The position numbers and the translations under genes were made by a program. This document shows, one piece after another, positions 1-13,615 of a DNA stretch of 64,000 bases; position 1 is the stretch's first letter; each line of letters begins with the position of its first letter. The notes under the pieces were generated by a model. It had not been told where the DNA came from, made no database searches, and was given only the letters and a program-made list of their open reading frames with translations. Origin of the DNA: Saccostrea echinata (lineage: Eukaryota); the NCBI RefSeq assembly GCF_033153115.1, contig NW_026889814.1, positions 186,001 through 250,000 of the forward strand, read 5' to 3'.

Positions 1-1823
1 TATATATCTCGTAAATATCTTTGTTGAACAACCTTGTGTTCTATCAGTGATGAAGTCAAGTACAGTTTTGCGTTTTCTATTCCCTCGCCAAAGCTCAGGG
101 TTAGAAAGCACACAACATGTGTATAAGAAATATAATTTAATTGTGTTCATTCAAAAATGTATCACATGTAAAGCCATAATCATCATAATTGATGTTTAGC
201 AACAAATTTGACATATATAAATAAATTCACAGTGCATATATCTAAATTTGCTGATGTATTTCTTTTTCGTTGTTCAGAGTCTGATCCTTGCCAAAGTGGA
301 AAATGCTGTGAGATTCCTTGTGATAATGAGCCAAAGACGTGTCGGTACCCAACAGCTGATCATGACCTTGTGGATTCTTTTATTCCAGAATGGGATCGGG
401 ATCAATAAGAACCCATTGATCAAGTGTCCATATGGCAACATAATTGAAATATTCTGTTAAACAGGAAAGAAACACTGAAGAGAAAAATTGTTCCATATCT
501 AATGATTTTTTTGATTTTTATTTACTATAAGTTTATACGTCTTGCTTTTTATTATTAAAAAAATACAGACTACCGATGGTACTATTTCTTCGGATCTAAA
601 TCTTAAAACCTTATGTTTATGATCCTGAAACATTAAGGAAACAGTAAACTTCCATGAACGAAAACTTCATGTCTCTCGTTCAAACTACTTCAATTTTATA
701 GCATCCACCGCATTAATAAGTAAATAATGCATTAATTTCAAATCGGTTTATTCCCGGACAAGGGGATATATTATTTCTTTAATTGCATAATGACACTTTC
801 TGGACCATCGTTGAGAACTTCAAATAAGTAGAATATGAACGCCATCACTACACTCTAATACCTTATAAAAGCATTTATGTAATTATTTCATTGGTCTTTC
901 TTTCATGCCTATCCTATCAAATCCCCTCAAAGACCAATTATTTGTAATTTTACTCAATACATGTCATTTTATTTCATCACTCATTTCGCTAATTGTTGTC
1001 AAAGAACTCTTTTATATACCAGTGTCTGAATTGTACATGTATGTGGCAGTTAGGAAGCCAGCCGCATTACTGGCACTTCTCTGCATTCATACCTTGATTG
1101 TTAAAATAATCGTCAATCCTTAAAAAAATAATTAAATCGGAAACCATATTACTTGTTACTTTGAACTTATGTAATTTTGGAAAGAACCCTTGAAATGCGG
1201 CTTTACTACTTCTTGCCCATGGCGCCATTTATTTTCCTGACAACATTCCCTCAATATCATATTTTGGACCCAAACTTTATGGTCATAAAAGTTGGATGAA
1301 TCCTTGGGGTACAACGCCCAGGGCTGCTTCATATATTTTGCAGTAGTCTGATCCTTTGCCTTAATCAAGCGAATTCCCCCACGTTATGTTGACTTCACAG
1401 CAATGATGATGGACAAGTATCAATTTCGGATATCATTGACAATATATACCTCCAACATGTATTATTTTCCCTCGGATTGAAATGTCGCACATTTATTTGT
1501 TTAAACGCGACACAGGACTCTGGGCTATATTTTTATATCCGAAAGGCAGGTTTGATCTGATATTTTGCAATATGGCCGACGGGTTTCGCTTACATTTCGA
1601 TATTTAAAATCATTTATTATTTACACTTTCCATAGTGATTTCTTTTTGAAATTAGAGTACTTTAGAGGCCCTTAAGAAATGACGTCAGATTTGTTGTGAC
1701 TGCATCACAAGTGATGGTAGCGTCAAGAGTCGCCCAAACAAGAGAGGGAAAATGTATTGAATTAGAATTTAAGCAGACACAAGTCATTAAAAGAAAAAAA
1801 AGATGCTCAAAGAATTATCAAGA

Positions 1824-1978
1824 NNNNNNNNNNNNNNNNNNNNNNNNNNNNNNNNNNNNNNNNNNNNNNNNNNNNNNNNNNNNNNNNNNNNNNNNNNNNN
1901 NNNNNNNNNNNNNNNNNNNNNNNNNNNNNNNNNNNNNNNNNNNNNNNNNNNNNNNNNNNNNNNNNNNNNNNNNNNNNN
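1824..1978. other. Assembly gap (N run)
   Basis: Run of N. Confidence 1.
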
Positions 1979-3090
1979 TTGTATGAATCACAGACGCATG
2001 CTAGCAGATGGGTATATGTTTTTCTTTACAAAAAGGTTGAAGCATTTCAAATGGAAAAATTTTGTGCAGTCCTACGCTGTAGGCGGAAATGTTGATCTGA
2101 AGTACAGAAAGGTTTGTCTGTTCCCAACATACTGTATACGTATTACATTTGGCTGTGTATTCTTTTTAGCACTTTTGGCGGAAAGAAACTTCCGCTAATT
2201 CAAGTACAACGCTTTCTGTCTTGCACTGATATACAATCATGAATAAGAACATTAAGAAATGCACTAAATCAAATCTACGCTAACTTGTTCAAAAATCAAT
2301 TTCCGCAAAATATCGTACATGCTAAATATAATAGATTTATAGTATTACTGTACTTCTGATGAATTCTTTTTCGTCTAGAAAACCTACAGGATAAGATTTG
2401 CGTTTCTTAATCCAGTGTTCGGTTGTCAAAATACATGAAACTTTTGTTTGAAATTCGATCCACTGAAGTAAAGAAACAATTCCATATCTTATAACTTTAT
2501 TATTAAATATGATTATCATCTAGGGTTAAACCCCCTCTTTGAAGATATTAAAAGAGTACAGACTTTTAGTCAAACGAATTTTTGGAATCTTATATCAAAA
2601 TCTTATGGCTTTTGTTATTTATCAAAAAAATTTTAAAAAGTTACACATCCAAGAAAGAATCGGACCTTTGTCTCTTTAAAGCTGCCATCTTATGACATAT
2701 ATTGAGTCTGTTCGCTATCTTCAGATTTCATAGGAAATTTACTGTTTTAGAAATGTTGGTTTTGAGGTCTGAGGAAAGTCTGATTATATAAGCCTAAATT
2801 TAATGCAATATTTGCTACTTTTACGTAAATAAAACTTTAATCATTGTAAAATAGATCCAGTTTTAATTGTGTTATTGCAGATACAGATTAGGGTTTGAAA
2901 CTGTAAAACTAATCATGATAGCACACATTTTTCTCTCCCATTCTCTGTTAATACTTCCGATTTATGTTTTGATTTTGTATATAATGCCAAACTAGTCGAT
3001 GAAAAGCAAATTGTACATATTGAAATAGATGTATTCTATATGTTATTGCTTAATATATACATGTTATACAAGACAACGCAGGTGAGTTAA

Positions 3091-3793
3091 GGCTAGGTAT
3101 AGGCATTTCTATGCAAATAATGTAATTAAAATGCCAAAGATCTACATCTATTATACAGAGAAAGTTAAAACTTTTTGTCTAATACATACTTGGTACCCAC
3201 GACATGAGAAAGCCAGTACACATTATGACGTCATATTATGACGTCATTCTTCTTTACTACACAAAATTATAATGGAAATCAACAAAAATGCTTCGGCGCA
3301 AGGGCGTGGTCTATTTAATTTAACTGAAAGAAGGTATATTTAGAAGCAAAATATTCCGAAGTTTGCTGGCATTGCTGCACAAGTATCAACAGCTCAGTTG
3401 TATAATTCCTATGTGTAAAGTTTTAAGTTGAATAAGGGTAAAAATGTACAGTCCGGTATATGTTTTCTCAAATTCCGATCAAATGAAAAAATGCCTAGGA
3501 TTTGTGCAGCAGCTTATTTAATCTATAGAATATTCTTCTTAGCATTATGCAAGTTTTATGTAAAAATAAATAGGGTAATCCCTTGCGCCGAAGGTGTTTT
3601 GTTGATGTGTTTCATTACCTCCAGTAGGTAAGATCAGTGACGTCATAGATTGACGTCATAATGTGTACTGGCTATAAGATATCGTGGGTACTAAGCACGC
3701 ATAAGAAAATAAATCAACACTTTCTTCGAATAATAAATATACTTTTTATGCGTTTTTATTAGCTCATTTGCATAGAAACGCCTATACCTAGCC
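3091..3793. mobile_element. Non-autonomous TIR element (MITE), TTAA-flanked, Kolobok-like
   Basis: TTAA|GGCTAGGTATAGGC...GCCTATACCTAGCC|TTAA. The imperfect inverted repeats run about 160 bp, each arm with two TGACGTCA. Inverted symmetry extends about 10 bp outside the TTAAs (3077-3086 vs 3798-3807), so the exact ends are uncertain. Confidence 0.8.
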
Positions 3794-5539
3794 TTAACTC
3801 ACATGCGAAAACGTATCGTAAAGCATATCCTCACCATTTCATATAACATTCCGAAACACCAATATCAACCAAAGGGGCCAGGACCCAAAAGCTGATATTG
3901 ATCAAGGGCAAATTTACGTTATTCCTATTTATGAATTCATCAGATTATACTACAGTATGTTTCTTTAATTAGAATCAAATATCCTGATATTAATTAGTAT
4001 CTGAAAATATAACTTTTATAGATGTAATGGTAGGTCAATTTGTAAATAGAACGAACTGTAACCACATCGAATCAAACCCAAACGTCGACACGTAACCAAG
4101 AAAAAGAAGTCCAGTCATAACAAGGACTCTAGTTTCTAGCTGAATCCCTGATATAAAATGCAGTTTACCCAGCATTAATAAAGTTCTATTTCTTATATGC
4201 ATTAATATCAAGAAATACATCTTTATTTCCGAGTACATATTGACATTTAAAAAAAAATCGAGACGCTACATAATCTTATCTCCAATAGTGATAGATTATG
4301 TAAAGCAATGTCATGTGTTTGAAAAACGTTTACACATCCCATAAATTTTTTCATAAAAGGCACTGGTAGTTGAATCAAAATTGGAGATATTTACAAAATT
4401 CTAGGTCACCATGTAAACTAATTTTAATTGTTTTTTTTTTTTTTTTTTGGGGGGGGGGGGGATATTGTTAACTTCTTCCAACACGTGCATGTATTTATTT
4501 ATAAAAGCCTACTGAGCTCATTTTCGTAGGTTACAAAAAATATTTTTCGCGTTATAACGCGTGACTTTCGCGAATAAAAGCGAAACTTTAGCGTTAAAAC
4601 GCAAAATTATATAGTCATGTTAATCAGGAATCCGTGATACTGGCGTATCATATGCTGGGTGGTGCATTTTTCTGTTAAATTGAATGCATTTTCTGATAGT
4701 TTTATTGCTCTTTTTCCAGGAGGCTTTAAAGGCCGTGGCCCGAGTATAAAAGGTAGCCAATCGAAAAATGTTGGGGAAATTCAACTTTCTATGCAGCTTT
4801 CAGATTTGGGAAACAGTTTTGAAAAAAATAAGCTTAATTTCATGCATTTAATAAATTCCAATTTTTGGCATGGAAGTAGCTACCATGTTTGTGAATAATG
4901 TTTCCATCTTTTCAAGGTTAACAAATATATATTTCTTGAGTATTTTAGCAACAAAAGCTTCTGAAGCTGCACTGAATTTTTAATTTCTTCTTATTTCTTT
5001 CTATCCTGTAGGCGGAGATAACCAATGTTTTGTTTACACAGGAAGTGGCTGTAGCCATGTGCTTCAACAGAGTTTATAAATAGAGTTTTCACGTCTCTTT
5101 TATTTGTTTTATAGCTAATTTAATAATCTCATTTCAAATATATTTAGAATAGAAAAATATTAAATTAATATTTCTGAATACAGTATAATATTACTCTCCT
5201 TGCATTTATAACTGTTGCTATTCAGCATAACATTGACTACGCTTCTTCTTGTGAAATTGCGGTTGCAGCTAGCCTCTATCATTGGCAAATAAATGTTTGG
5301 TTGGAATGTTTAAATAAGGACAACGTTATCTCTCATGTCCTTTCAACATTTCAACCAAATACAGTGTCTGAAGGTCGTCCCGTTAATTTACTGGTCCGAC
5401 ATCAACATTTTCTGTACATGATACCCAAAGACAAAAATTCAAAACAAAATGAAAAAAAAAAACTCCAATACATTGTAACTTTTCTCAGCAGTCTTATGCA
5501 AACCTGTCGCATAAAGTTCCTGACAAAAATACCATAAAT

Positions 5540-5800
5540 AATGAAAATTCCCATTCCAAGAAAAATGCAGATGATCATAGAAATGTTAAACAAGAACATT
5601 CTTTTCTCCAAAATTACTCAGATAAACACAATGCTGACCAGTATGTTTCATTTGAGCATTCTTATGCAAACGTGTAGATAAGGTTTTCAACAAAACTGAT
5701 CACCTGAATAATCATACCGAGCATTCATATGCAAAAATTTGTTCAGACACACAACATACAAATACTGACTACACTTTCTTTGAACATTCTTATGCAAATT
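5540..5800 (+). repeat. Degenerate ~63-bp coding tandem repeat encoding EHSY(A) motifs, upstream part of the Rep-helicase
   Basis: GAGCATTCTTATGCA at 5654, GAGCATTCATATGCA at 5719, GAACATTCTTATGCA at 5782, plus an EHSF variant near 5594. The last two are in the same frame as ORF 5971. Confidence 0.65.
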
Positions 5801-5970
5801 TCTCTCCAACTGAAGATGTGGACAATTTTGTTCAATGTCAAGAAAAAGCAGAATATAATACTAGTGAATTAAAAAATTTACTGCCTTCTCAGCAGTCTGA
5901 GTCTGAAGTACCTAACTCATTAACAGCATGTAGTGAAAATGAAAAAAAAAAATAAATAAACAAACAAACA

Positions 5971-8900
5971 ATGCATCAATCAGAAAAAGACAATGTACAT
6001 CACAGCAAAAGAATAAATCAAAAACTCAAAAATTTGCACCTGAACATGAAAAAAAAACTAATAAAGAAATTAGGTCTAAATTATGAAAAACCAAAAGAAA
6101 ATGAAACATATCAAGTTTATGTAGCTAGAAGAAAAAAAAAAATCCTGAAAAACATTAAAACACAATCAGAAAAGTATAAATTGAATCCTGACGATATTCC
6201 ACCACCTCCCCCTCTTCATGAAAATTCTCATTACAATAAAACAATGGATTCAATTAGGGCTTTTGAAATTCAGCAAATGTCTTATTCTTTTAAATTTTGC
6301 ACAATTTGTCATGAGAGAAGACTAGAAATGAACATGGCCAAAACTGACATTTGTAGGAGTTCCTTTAGAGATAAACAACAAATCAAAATGTTCTCAGCAG
6401 AAAACAACATGGACCCAGGCACATTACCTGAAGAACTTCGAGATTTAACAAAAATAAAGCAACAACTTATTAGCAGGATAGCTCCATGTATTAATGTTCA
6501 TATGCTAAATCATGGAGGTATTGCATCATCTGGTCACTGCGTCACATTTCCTCAAGAAATTAATGAGCCAGCCAGAATTTTTCCTAGGTTACCTCACGAA
6601 ATTCAAATTATCAAAGTTAGAAAACAAGGGGAAAATGATACATCTAAAGATTTCAGAGTCCGTCGATTAAAAATTGAACAGTCTTTAAGATGGCTAAAAA
6701 AATCCAGCCTATTCTGATATTTTAATAAGTGCAAACGGGTTACAAGCAATTCCTGAAGATGGGCAATTAACAGATATAACGGCAATACAATTCAAAGAAA
6801 ATACTGTTCATAAAAATGACAAAGGACCATCATCTGAACAAGTAGATATAGGTGTAACTGAGGGTTTTACGAATTCTGGTGCTGAACTACCAGACTCTAA
6901 TGTAAATATTAGACAAAAGGCCCAGAAAATAATAGAGGAAATCCTAGGTGAAAATCGGGGGGGGGGGGTTACAGTTAATAGACAAGGCACTGTTACAATT
7001 CCTTGGCCCTCTAAAGGAGATATCCCAATATCTGAATTTACTACGCAACATTTTTTTACCCTTGTTTTTCCTGCCCTCTTTCCCTATGGTTCTGTTGACT
7101 TTCACATAAATAGACCCATCACTATATCATGTATGGGACAGTGGGCTGATCATTTATTATGGTATGAAGATGGCAGGTTTGCAAAGCACCATTATATCAA
7201 ATTTGTTGTTCATAACATGATTACGCGAAAAAGAGCCTTAGAACAAAGTAGCTTTATCATTAAACAGAAACTTGGTGACCAACAATTTACAATTACAGAG
7301 TTGAAAAAACTTATTGAAAACGGTGATACATCTGTTTCCAAAAAAAAAAAAAAATCTCTATTTTGGGGGAAATTTAAGTGGGACTACTCAGTGCTTGGTG
7401 CAGAGAGGCAAGGAATTAGGAGCTTTGGTTAAATATAAAATAAATGAAAGTGCAGGTCTGCCATCATGTTTTACTACTGGCAGTTGTGCAGAATTTCACT
7501 AAACCATTCAGACGATTGCTTTCAATGTATGTTTCTGAAACTACTGGAACCTCTGTTGATCTAACTGGTAAAAATATTCTTTTTAAAACTCTTCAGGAAA
7601 ATACACATATTGTTGCACAATACTTTGATCTCAGAACACAGTCATATTTCAAAAATGTAATGGGACCTGTCTTTGGAGTTGATTCTTATTGGTATAGGCA
7701 AGAGTTTGCTAAATCAAGAGGTATGGTTCACTGGCATAGTCTTTGTTGGAGGTCAGATAGAGAGCCTCATGATCTGTTACATAATGCAATCTCAGCTGGT
7801 CTTTCTGAGGAACAATATGCAGAAAAGCTCTCTCAGTGGGCTGCAGAAATCTTTGGTCTTTCTGCTTTGCATCCTGCTGGTAAGGATGAAAATGATAATC
7901 CATTCAGAAACTTGTGGCCTCATCCAGAGGGTACTGCTCCTCCTCCTCCTCCTGAAGAAAAGAATCCCTTGTTGAAACTTCTCCTCGACGTCAGCATTTC
8001 CCAAGAAACACTTTTGGAAGATCACTCGCTTTTGGCAAATCGTTTCAATTTGCACCGTTGCTCAGATTACTGCCTGCAACCTTCACGATGCAATAATTCT
8101 GAAAAAACTTGCAGAATGGAATTTCCAAAGCAATTACGCTCAGCAGATACTTTAGTAAAAGACCAAAATGGATCCTTGCGTTTAGAAATGGAGAGAGATC
8201 ACCCTGTTCTTGTTCAGCACTCTCGCTTCCATACACAAGGCTGGAGAGCAAATGGTGATATTTCTCTAATTCTTTCAAAAAGTGACCCTTCCAATCCATC
8301 AGTAGATGAAATTTTGTAACTGAAAAATACATATCAGGTTATGCATGCAAGGGAAATGAACCCACTGGTGCTCTTTCAGATCTCTTCTCTGATATGGTAA
8401 ATTGTGCAGATGAATCTTCTGGTGCAACTGCCAAATCACTCTGTACCAAGCTTCTAATCGACACGGTTAAAAGGGACATTTCCTCAGTAGAAGCATCTTA
8501 TGAGCTTTCTTCCATTCCTCTTTATCGATCTAGTCATTGCTTTCAATCAGTTAGTTTATCAGGGTGTAGAGTACTTGACCAATCTGGAAGTACCACAATT
8601 ACAAAATCTACAATTGTTGATAAATATATCTCCAGAGGTGAAAATGATAATTCTTCATTATACCAATTCATTTGCAAAAGTGGTAAAGTCCCCGTCATTT
8701 CTGGTCCCACTTAGGCACACTGGCCATTAGATAAAAATTATTGTAAAACTTCATTGTTGCTTCACTTGCCAAACTGGCGTAAACTTTCTGACGTTAAAGA
8801 TGAAAACATATCTTGGACCGAAAATTTTTCTCAGGTTTTAAAATTAGATACTTGTCCAAATTTCATTAAAGCAGACATTGAGAGGGCAAAGACTAAGAAA

Positions 8901-10506
8901 CCGGATGATTCCTTACCCAAAGATGATATTCAAAACAATGAAGTTATACGCCCCAATCCTGAGTTTGGCGAAGTTTGCGCAGATTTTCATTTTAATGATG
9001 GTGGTCCTGATTATGACTGGAGCGAAACATCATAAGACTATCCAAATGATTTCCGTGAAGACTGGTGGAACACTATAACCAAAGCTGACAACACAGATGA
9101 CAAAACTTTAAACATTCCAAATGTAGATCTCCATAAAATGAATCAAGAACAAATGTTAGCATTTAATATTGTTAGGAAAACCTTCCTAAATTTTTCAAAC
9201 AAATCGTATGACTACAAGCCCCCTTCGCATGATTGACTCAGGTACAGCAGGGTCAGGAAAATGTTTTCTAATCAAATGTTTAGGAAAAGCAATTCGCCTT
9301 TTCTTTAACTCAAATAAATCTGTTCAGGTTCTGTGTCCAACAGGTAATAGTGCAAACTTAATCTCTGGTGTAACACTACACAGTTTCCTTAAAATACCCA
9401 CCCAGTTCAAAGGAAGAGAAATGAAAGCACCAGAGGGTTCTACTGGGGAAAGCCTACAGGAGAATTTATCTGACCTCCATGTCCTGCTAGTTGATGAAAG
9501 ATCATTAATTGGTTCATATACATTAGGGTGGATAGGTGTGGCACTGGCATTTCAGATCAGACATGGGGAGGTATCCCAGTAGTTGTATTTTAGGGGATGA
9601 TGTGCAACTTCCACCAGTTTTGGATGCCCCAGTTTATCACTCTAAAATTATGAAATCAGCCTCAATGCATGGACTTCTGGTGTGGCAAGAATTCCAATCA
9701 GCTGTTACTTTAAAATCAATTATTCGCCAAGGAGAACAAGAAAATAAACTAAAGGATGTCCTTTCAGCTCTTCGTCAATACCAAGTTACTCCAAGTCAGG
9801 CCCAATGGTTACAGCAATTTCAATGGAGCAATATGCAAAAGACACATGGAAATTATTAAGTAGAATGTCAGACAGAGGTCTTTTTTTTTCCTACTCATAG
9901 TGAGGAATGGGGTCACAATAAATCAAAGTTATTAGAGATGAATAAAGTTTTTCCTGTTGCAAAAATTATTGCAGTTTCAAAGGGTTCTCACTCCAAAACT
10001 GGTGAATGTGAAAAAGCTGGTGGTCTTCTTGACACTCTTTACTTATGTAAGGAATCAAGAGTTATGCTTTCTGTAAATTTGTGTGTGCATTTTGGTCTTT
10101 TTAATGGGTGCTCTTTGCATTGTTAAAGATATTTTGTATTTTAATGGAAGAATATCCACCTGCCCTCGCTGATGTCGTAATGGTTGATATACCTAATTAC
10201 ACTGGTCCCCCTTTCTTATCCTCTTATCCAAAACTCCTTCCAGTATTCCCAGTGGAGAGAAATATAGATTGTAGGTGTCACTTTAGCAAAAGAAATCAAA
10301 TCCCAAAGCGTTTAGGATTGGCAACAACCATTCATTGTTGCCAAGGAACGACCATAGGAAAGGGGGAAGTGAATAGATATATTGTTGTAAACCCTGGCAC
10401 ACGATCCTTTGAATCCAAAAATCCGGGTGCTCTTTTTGTTGCCCTTTCTAGAGCAAATTCAACTGGTAAAGTAATTGTGAACGGTGGGAGACATATCAGT
10501 CTCTAA
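5971..10506 (+). pseudogene. Helitron-superfamily (Helentron/Helitron2-like) Rep-helicase: HUH endonuclease plus PIF1-type SF1B helicase, with multiple frameshifts and stops
   Basis: Collinear ORF fragments give CxxC (CTICHE) and a DUF6570-like segment (RIAPCINVHML..GHCVTFPQ). Rep motifs: FTTGSCAEFH, HUH WYRQEFAKSRGMVHWH, KYISGYACKG. Helicase motifs: Walker A GTAGSGK, PTGNSANLISGVTLHS, Walker B VDERS, GDDVQLPPV, IIRQ, RVML..NL...GLFNG, TIHCCQG, FVALSRA. Coding-like sequence probably extends upstream to about 5400. Confidence 0.93.
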
Positions 10507-10542
10507 CCGAACACTTTTATTCTTAACCCAGATTTCTGATTG
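10477..10542 (+). repeat. Helentron-like 3' terminus motif, copy 1
   Basis: GTGAACGGTGGGAGACATATCAGTCTCTAACCGAACACTTTT; recurs at 11704 and 13733; subTIR-like segment, small hairpin and T-run. Confidence 0.6.
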
Positions 10543-10981
10543 TAGGAAGTTCTCTAGTTTATGATTTGTATATATATGACATATATATATATATTCTCTC
10601 CATAACTTACTTGTTGTACACAGTATTGTTGTTCTGACTAAATTTTAAATAGTGTAGTATTTCGGATGACCATCTCTGAAATTGAAAATGCCAGTATAAC
10701 ATTTTTTATGTATTTTTCAGCCTGTTGCCCTTGCAGAATTATAAATGGCCAGGTACAACCCAAAATATTTACATTTGCTGTGTTTTTCTACTAGGCCAAC
10801 TGTGAAATTGATTTGAAAGCTATTTTTATGTATACTCATGCATAGAAATACACACTGAGAAACTTGCGCTAAGTGACGTCACAAGACTACAGAGACGTTA
10901 ACAAAAATGATGATATAGGGCAGCTAGAAATTTAAACATTATATCTTTGGTGCATTTAAGTATGTAAATATAAAGAATGTT

Positions 10982-11492
10982 TTTAAGTTTAGTGTGAATT
11001 ATTGGTATATATTTACATTTTTAAATATTTTTCCTTAGATTCTTTGCAAATTAGAAGACCGTTCATGTTCTCATGAACTACCATGGATGAGCATGAATAT
11101 CTCCATTGTTACGTCATAATACCGTACTTGACGTCAAACTATAGTGCAAACTATTTTGCTTTAAAACTGACAGTTGAATGGCGTAATTTGTGGTTACTCA
11201 TCAGAAATTAATGTAAATATAAGATATGAAATTAATTTTTGAAAATTCATGAGGACATGAACTACAGCGCTACATGCCTGCATATTTATTAAGAAGCGCT
11301 AACACACTTCATAAAATATGCCGGCGTGAAGCGTCGTAGTTCATGTCCTCGTGAATCTTCAAAAATTAAACTCACTTAAGTAAATCATACAGACTTACAT
11401 ATTTTTCATGAGGTGCTAGTGCGCTTCATAAAATATGCCTACGTGACAAGCCTGTGTGATTTACACACCAATAACTCACACAAAACTTAGAA
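10982..11492. mobile_element. Foldback non-autonomous element with internal palindrome (possibly Crypton-type)
   Basis: About 29-bp imperfect terminal inverted repeats (TTTAAGTTTAGTGTGAATTATTGGT / ACCAATAACTCACACAAAACTTAGA). Internal hairpin 11232-11369 with about 34-bp arms. Confidence 0.55.
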
Positions 11493-11703
11493 ATATTTCT
11501 TAACAGTATTCAGTTTCTCCATAAATCTTCTGAATTAAAATGAAATATAACTGTGTTTTATTTTGAGGTCTTTCTGAAACCCTGTTTCCTTCTGCACACT
11601 GCCAGCCTCTTTTTACTTTGGAATGCCTATTTTACATTTTTCTCATATCTGATCATCTAATTCATCATTTCCTGATGTTTTTTTAAACATACTTTTCATT
11701 ATA

Positions 11704-11769
11704 GTGAACGGTGGGAGACATATCAGTCCCTAACTGAACACTTTTACATTTACCTGAGATTTCTGAATG
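11704..11769 (+). repeat. Helentron-like 3' terminus motif, copy 2
   Basis: GTGAACGGTGGGAGACATATCAGTCCCTAACTGAACACTTTT; about 65 bp similar to 10477-10542. Confidence 0.6.
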
Positions 11770-12093
11770 CATGGATATAGGTCTTACAGGGTACAATTTG
11801 CATAAATATTCCATTAGTTACTCATTAAACACAAAGTTGCACTATTCCTTTGAACTCTTTACTTTTGCAGCTGATGCACCATTTCTTTTCAACTGTTTCT
11901 GAAGTGAAAGAATCGCCATTTTTTTTTTTATTTTCTGTCATTTTTTTTGTTCCTCTTGTGGAAACTGTGATGTACATATAGGATCTCCCATGGTTTGTTG
12001 TAATAGAGATGATTTTTTATTTTTTATTCAAGTTGTGTGTTTTTTTTCCCTGAGTCAGGATAAAAATATCATATCTTTTAAACATGCCTTTTA

Positions 12094-12271
12094 CAGTAGA
12101 ACATGTCTATAGCAAACATGCATATAATGAATTGACACTTACAGCAAAGTGATTTTCATTCCCCGGAAGTTAAAAATATTACACTTTACAAACTTTACAC
12201 AAATAATGAATAACGCTTACAAGGAGCAAATTCATCCATCCCTGGCACTTCCATTTAAGCATGTTTTACTG
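12094..12271. mobile_element. Tc1/mariner(pogo)-like MITE
   Basis: TA|CAGTAGAACATG...CATGTTTTACTG|TA; related copy at 36650-36805. Confidence 0.75.
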
Positions 12272-12813
12272 TACATAGTTATCGCAACTTTTACACAGTT
12301 TTAATTATGAAAACAAATAACATTTGACTTGATCAAATTCACGCAAGACACTTGTGACATTATAAACCTGTATATGATAACAACATCCTTTGAGTTTTAT
12401 CTACTGTATAAAGAAGTAGACATGTGACAGAATTTTATTTGATTTCTACAAAAATCATCTGCATTTAAATACGTGGAGCATATCAGTTGTTAAAAAAGGA
12501 ACTTTTTTTCTAATTAGATATGTCTTTTTTTAGTGCAAGTTACCTTATTCTGCATAGCTCACTTTTTCACACTATTCTGGTCCTTTTCTAGTTTCTGTAA
12601 TTTAAAATTAACAATTTGTATTTCCCGACTCCTTGCAACCTATACTCAAATTTGATAAGTTTACCAGATATTCTATTATTTTATTTGAATTTAATTGAAT
12701 GGTTATATCTTTTATAGCCGAGATGAAATGTTTAAGAAAACATTATTATTTATTTATTTTTATTTTTATTTTTATTTTTTTTTCAAATTTATATTTCTTT
12801 ACTACTTAAGAGA

Positions 12814-13615
12814 ATGAATATAATAATTGCCACTGACTCTAGAGGGAGAGGATTCCACTCGTATCTCCAAAAAGTGCACCCATTTCCATCTGATTGGCGT
12901 GCTACTTTTCTTTTTAAACCTGGGGCATCTATACAAAGATTAAGCCATGAGGCCAAACACTTCCTTCAATCTTTTGACAATTTCAAACCATACCATGTTG
13001 TTTTTATGGGAGGCATCTGTAATCTCACAGAAAAAGTTAAACACCAGTCTGGCACCGAAATTATTTATAATCACTCCCTCAACAAAATTCAGTCGCTGAT
13101 TCAGTGTATTGAAAACACCTTTAAAGAAATTCCGTCATCAACTGCCATCTGTTCTACCGTCCAATTTGCAACAATTCCTCCTGTGTCTCTCAGAAAGTTT
13201 AAAGAATATCAAATTGAAAAAGAAATCTTCCATTTCAGTAAATTCTCTTTAGATGAATTAATTATTCAACAGGAAACCATGGAAGAAGACATCAAACTTA
13301 TTAATTCTACTATTTGTGAAATAAATACAACTTAAAACAGTTCGCCTATACGACTGGATAAAGATACTACAAAGAATTCAATTAAGAAAAGGGGAAGAAA
13401 TGGAAAAAACAAAAAAAAGATGCTCAAAATTTACTTATGAAAATTTTTATAATGGGGTCCATCCAGACAATTCTCCTTCTGATATATGGTTTTCTAGAAT
13501 ATGTACTTCAATTTCGGCCTTTCTCACAGCTTCATCCAATTCAAAATGATATGACACATTTATTTCTGAGGACGAGGAGGAAGAGAATGACACCTGGGAT
13601 TTAAAAGAAATTAAA
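12814..13615 (+). pseudogene. SGNH/GDSL-like hydrolase, Helentron-associated, disrupted
   Basis: Block I IIIATDSRGR, block II PGASI, block III FMGGICNLT. After the stop at 13333 and a frameshift, reading continues RLDKD...FYNGVHP (DxxH block) and ends in an acidic tail DEEEENDTWD. SGNH hydrolases are known Helentron passengers. Confidence 0.82.

Noticed and set aside
1156-1500. Minus-strand coding fragment
   Set aside because: No recognisable motif or sustained open frame.
10477-10515. SECIS element (GUGA...GA hairpin)
   Set aside because: Helix geometry does not fit, there is no apical AA motif and no credible Sec codon; a transposon terminus is the simpler explanation.
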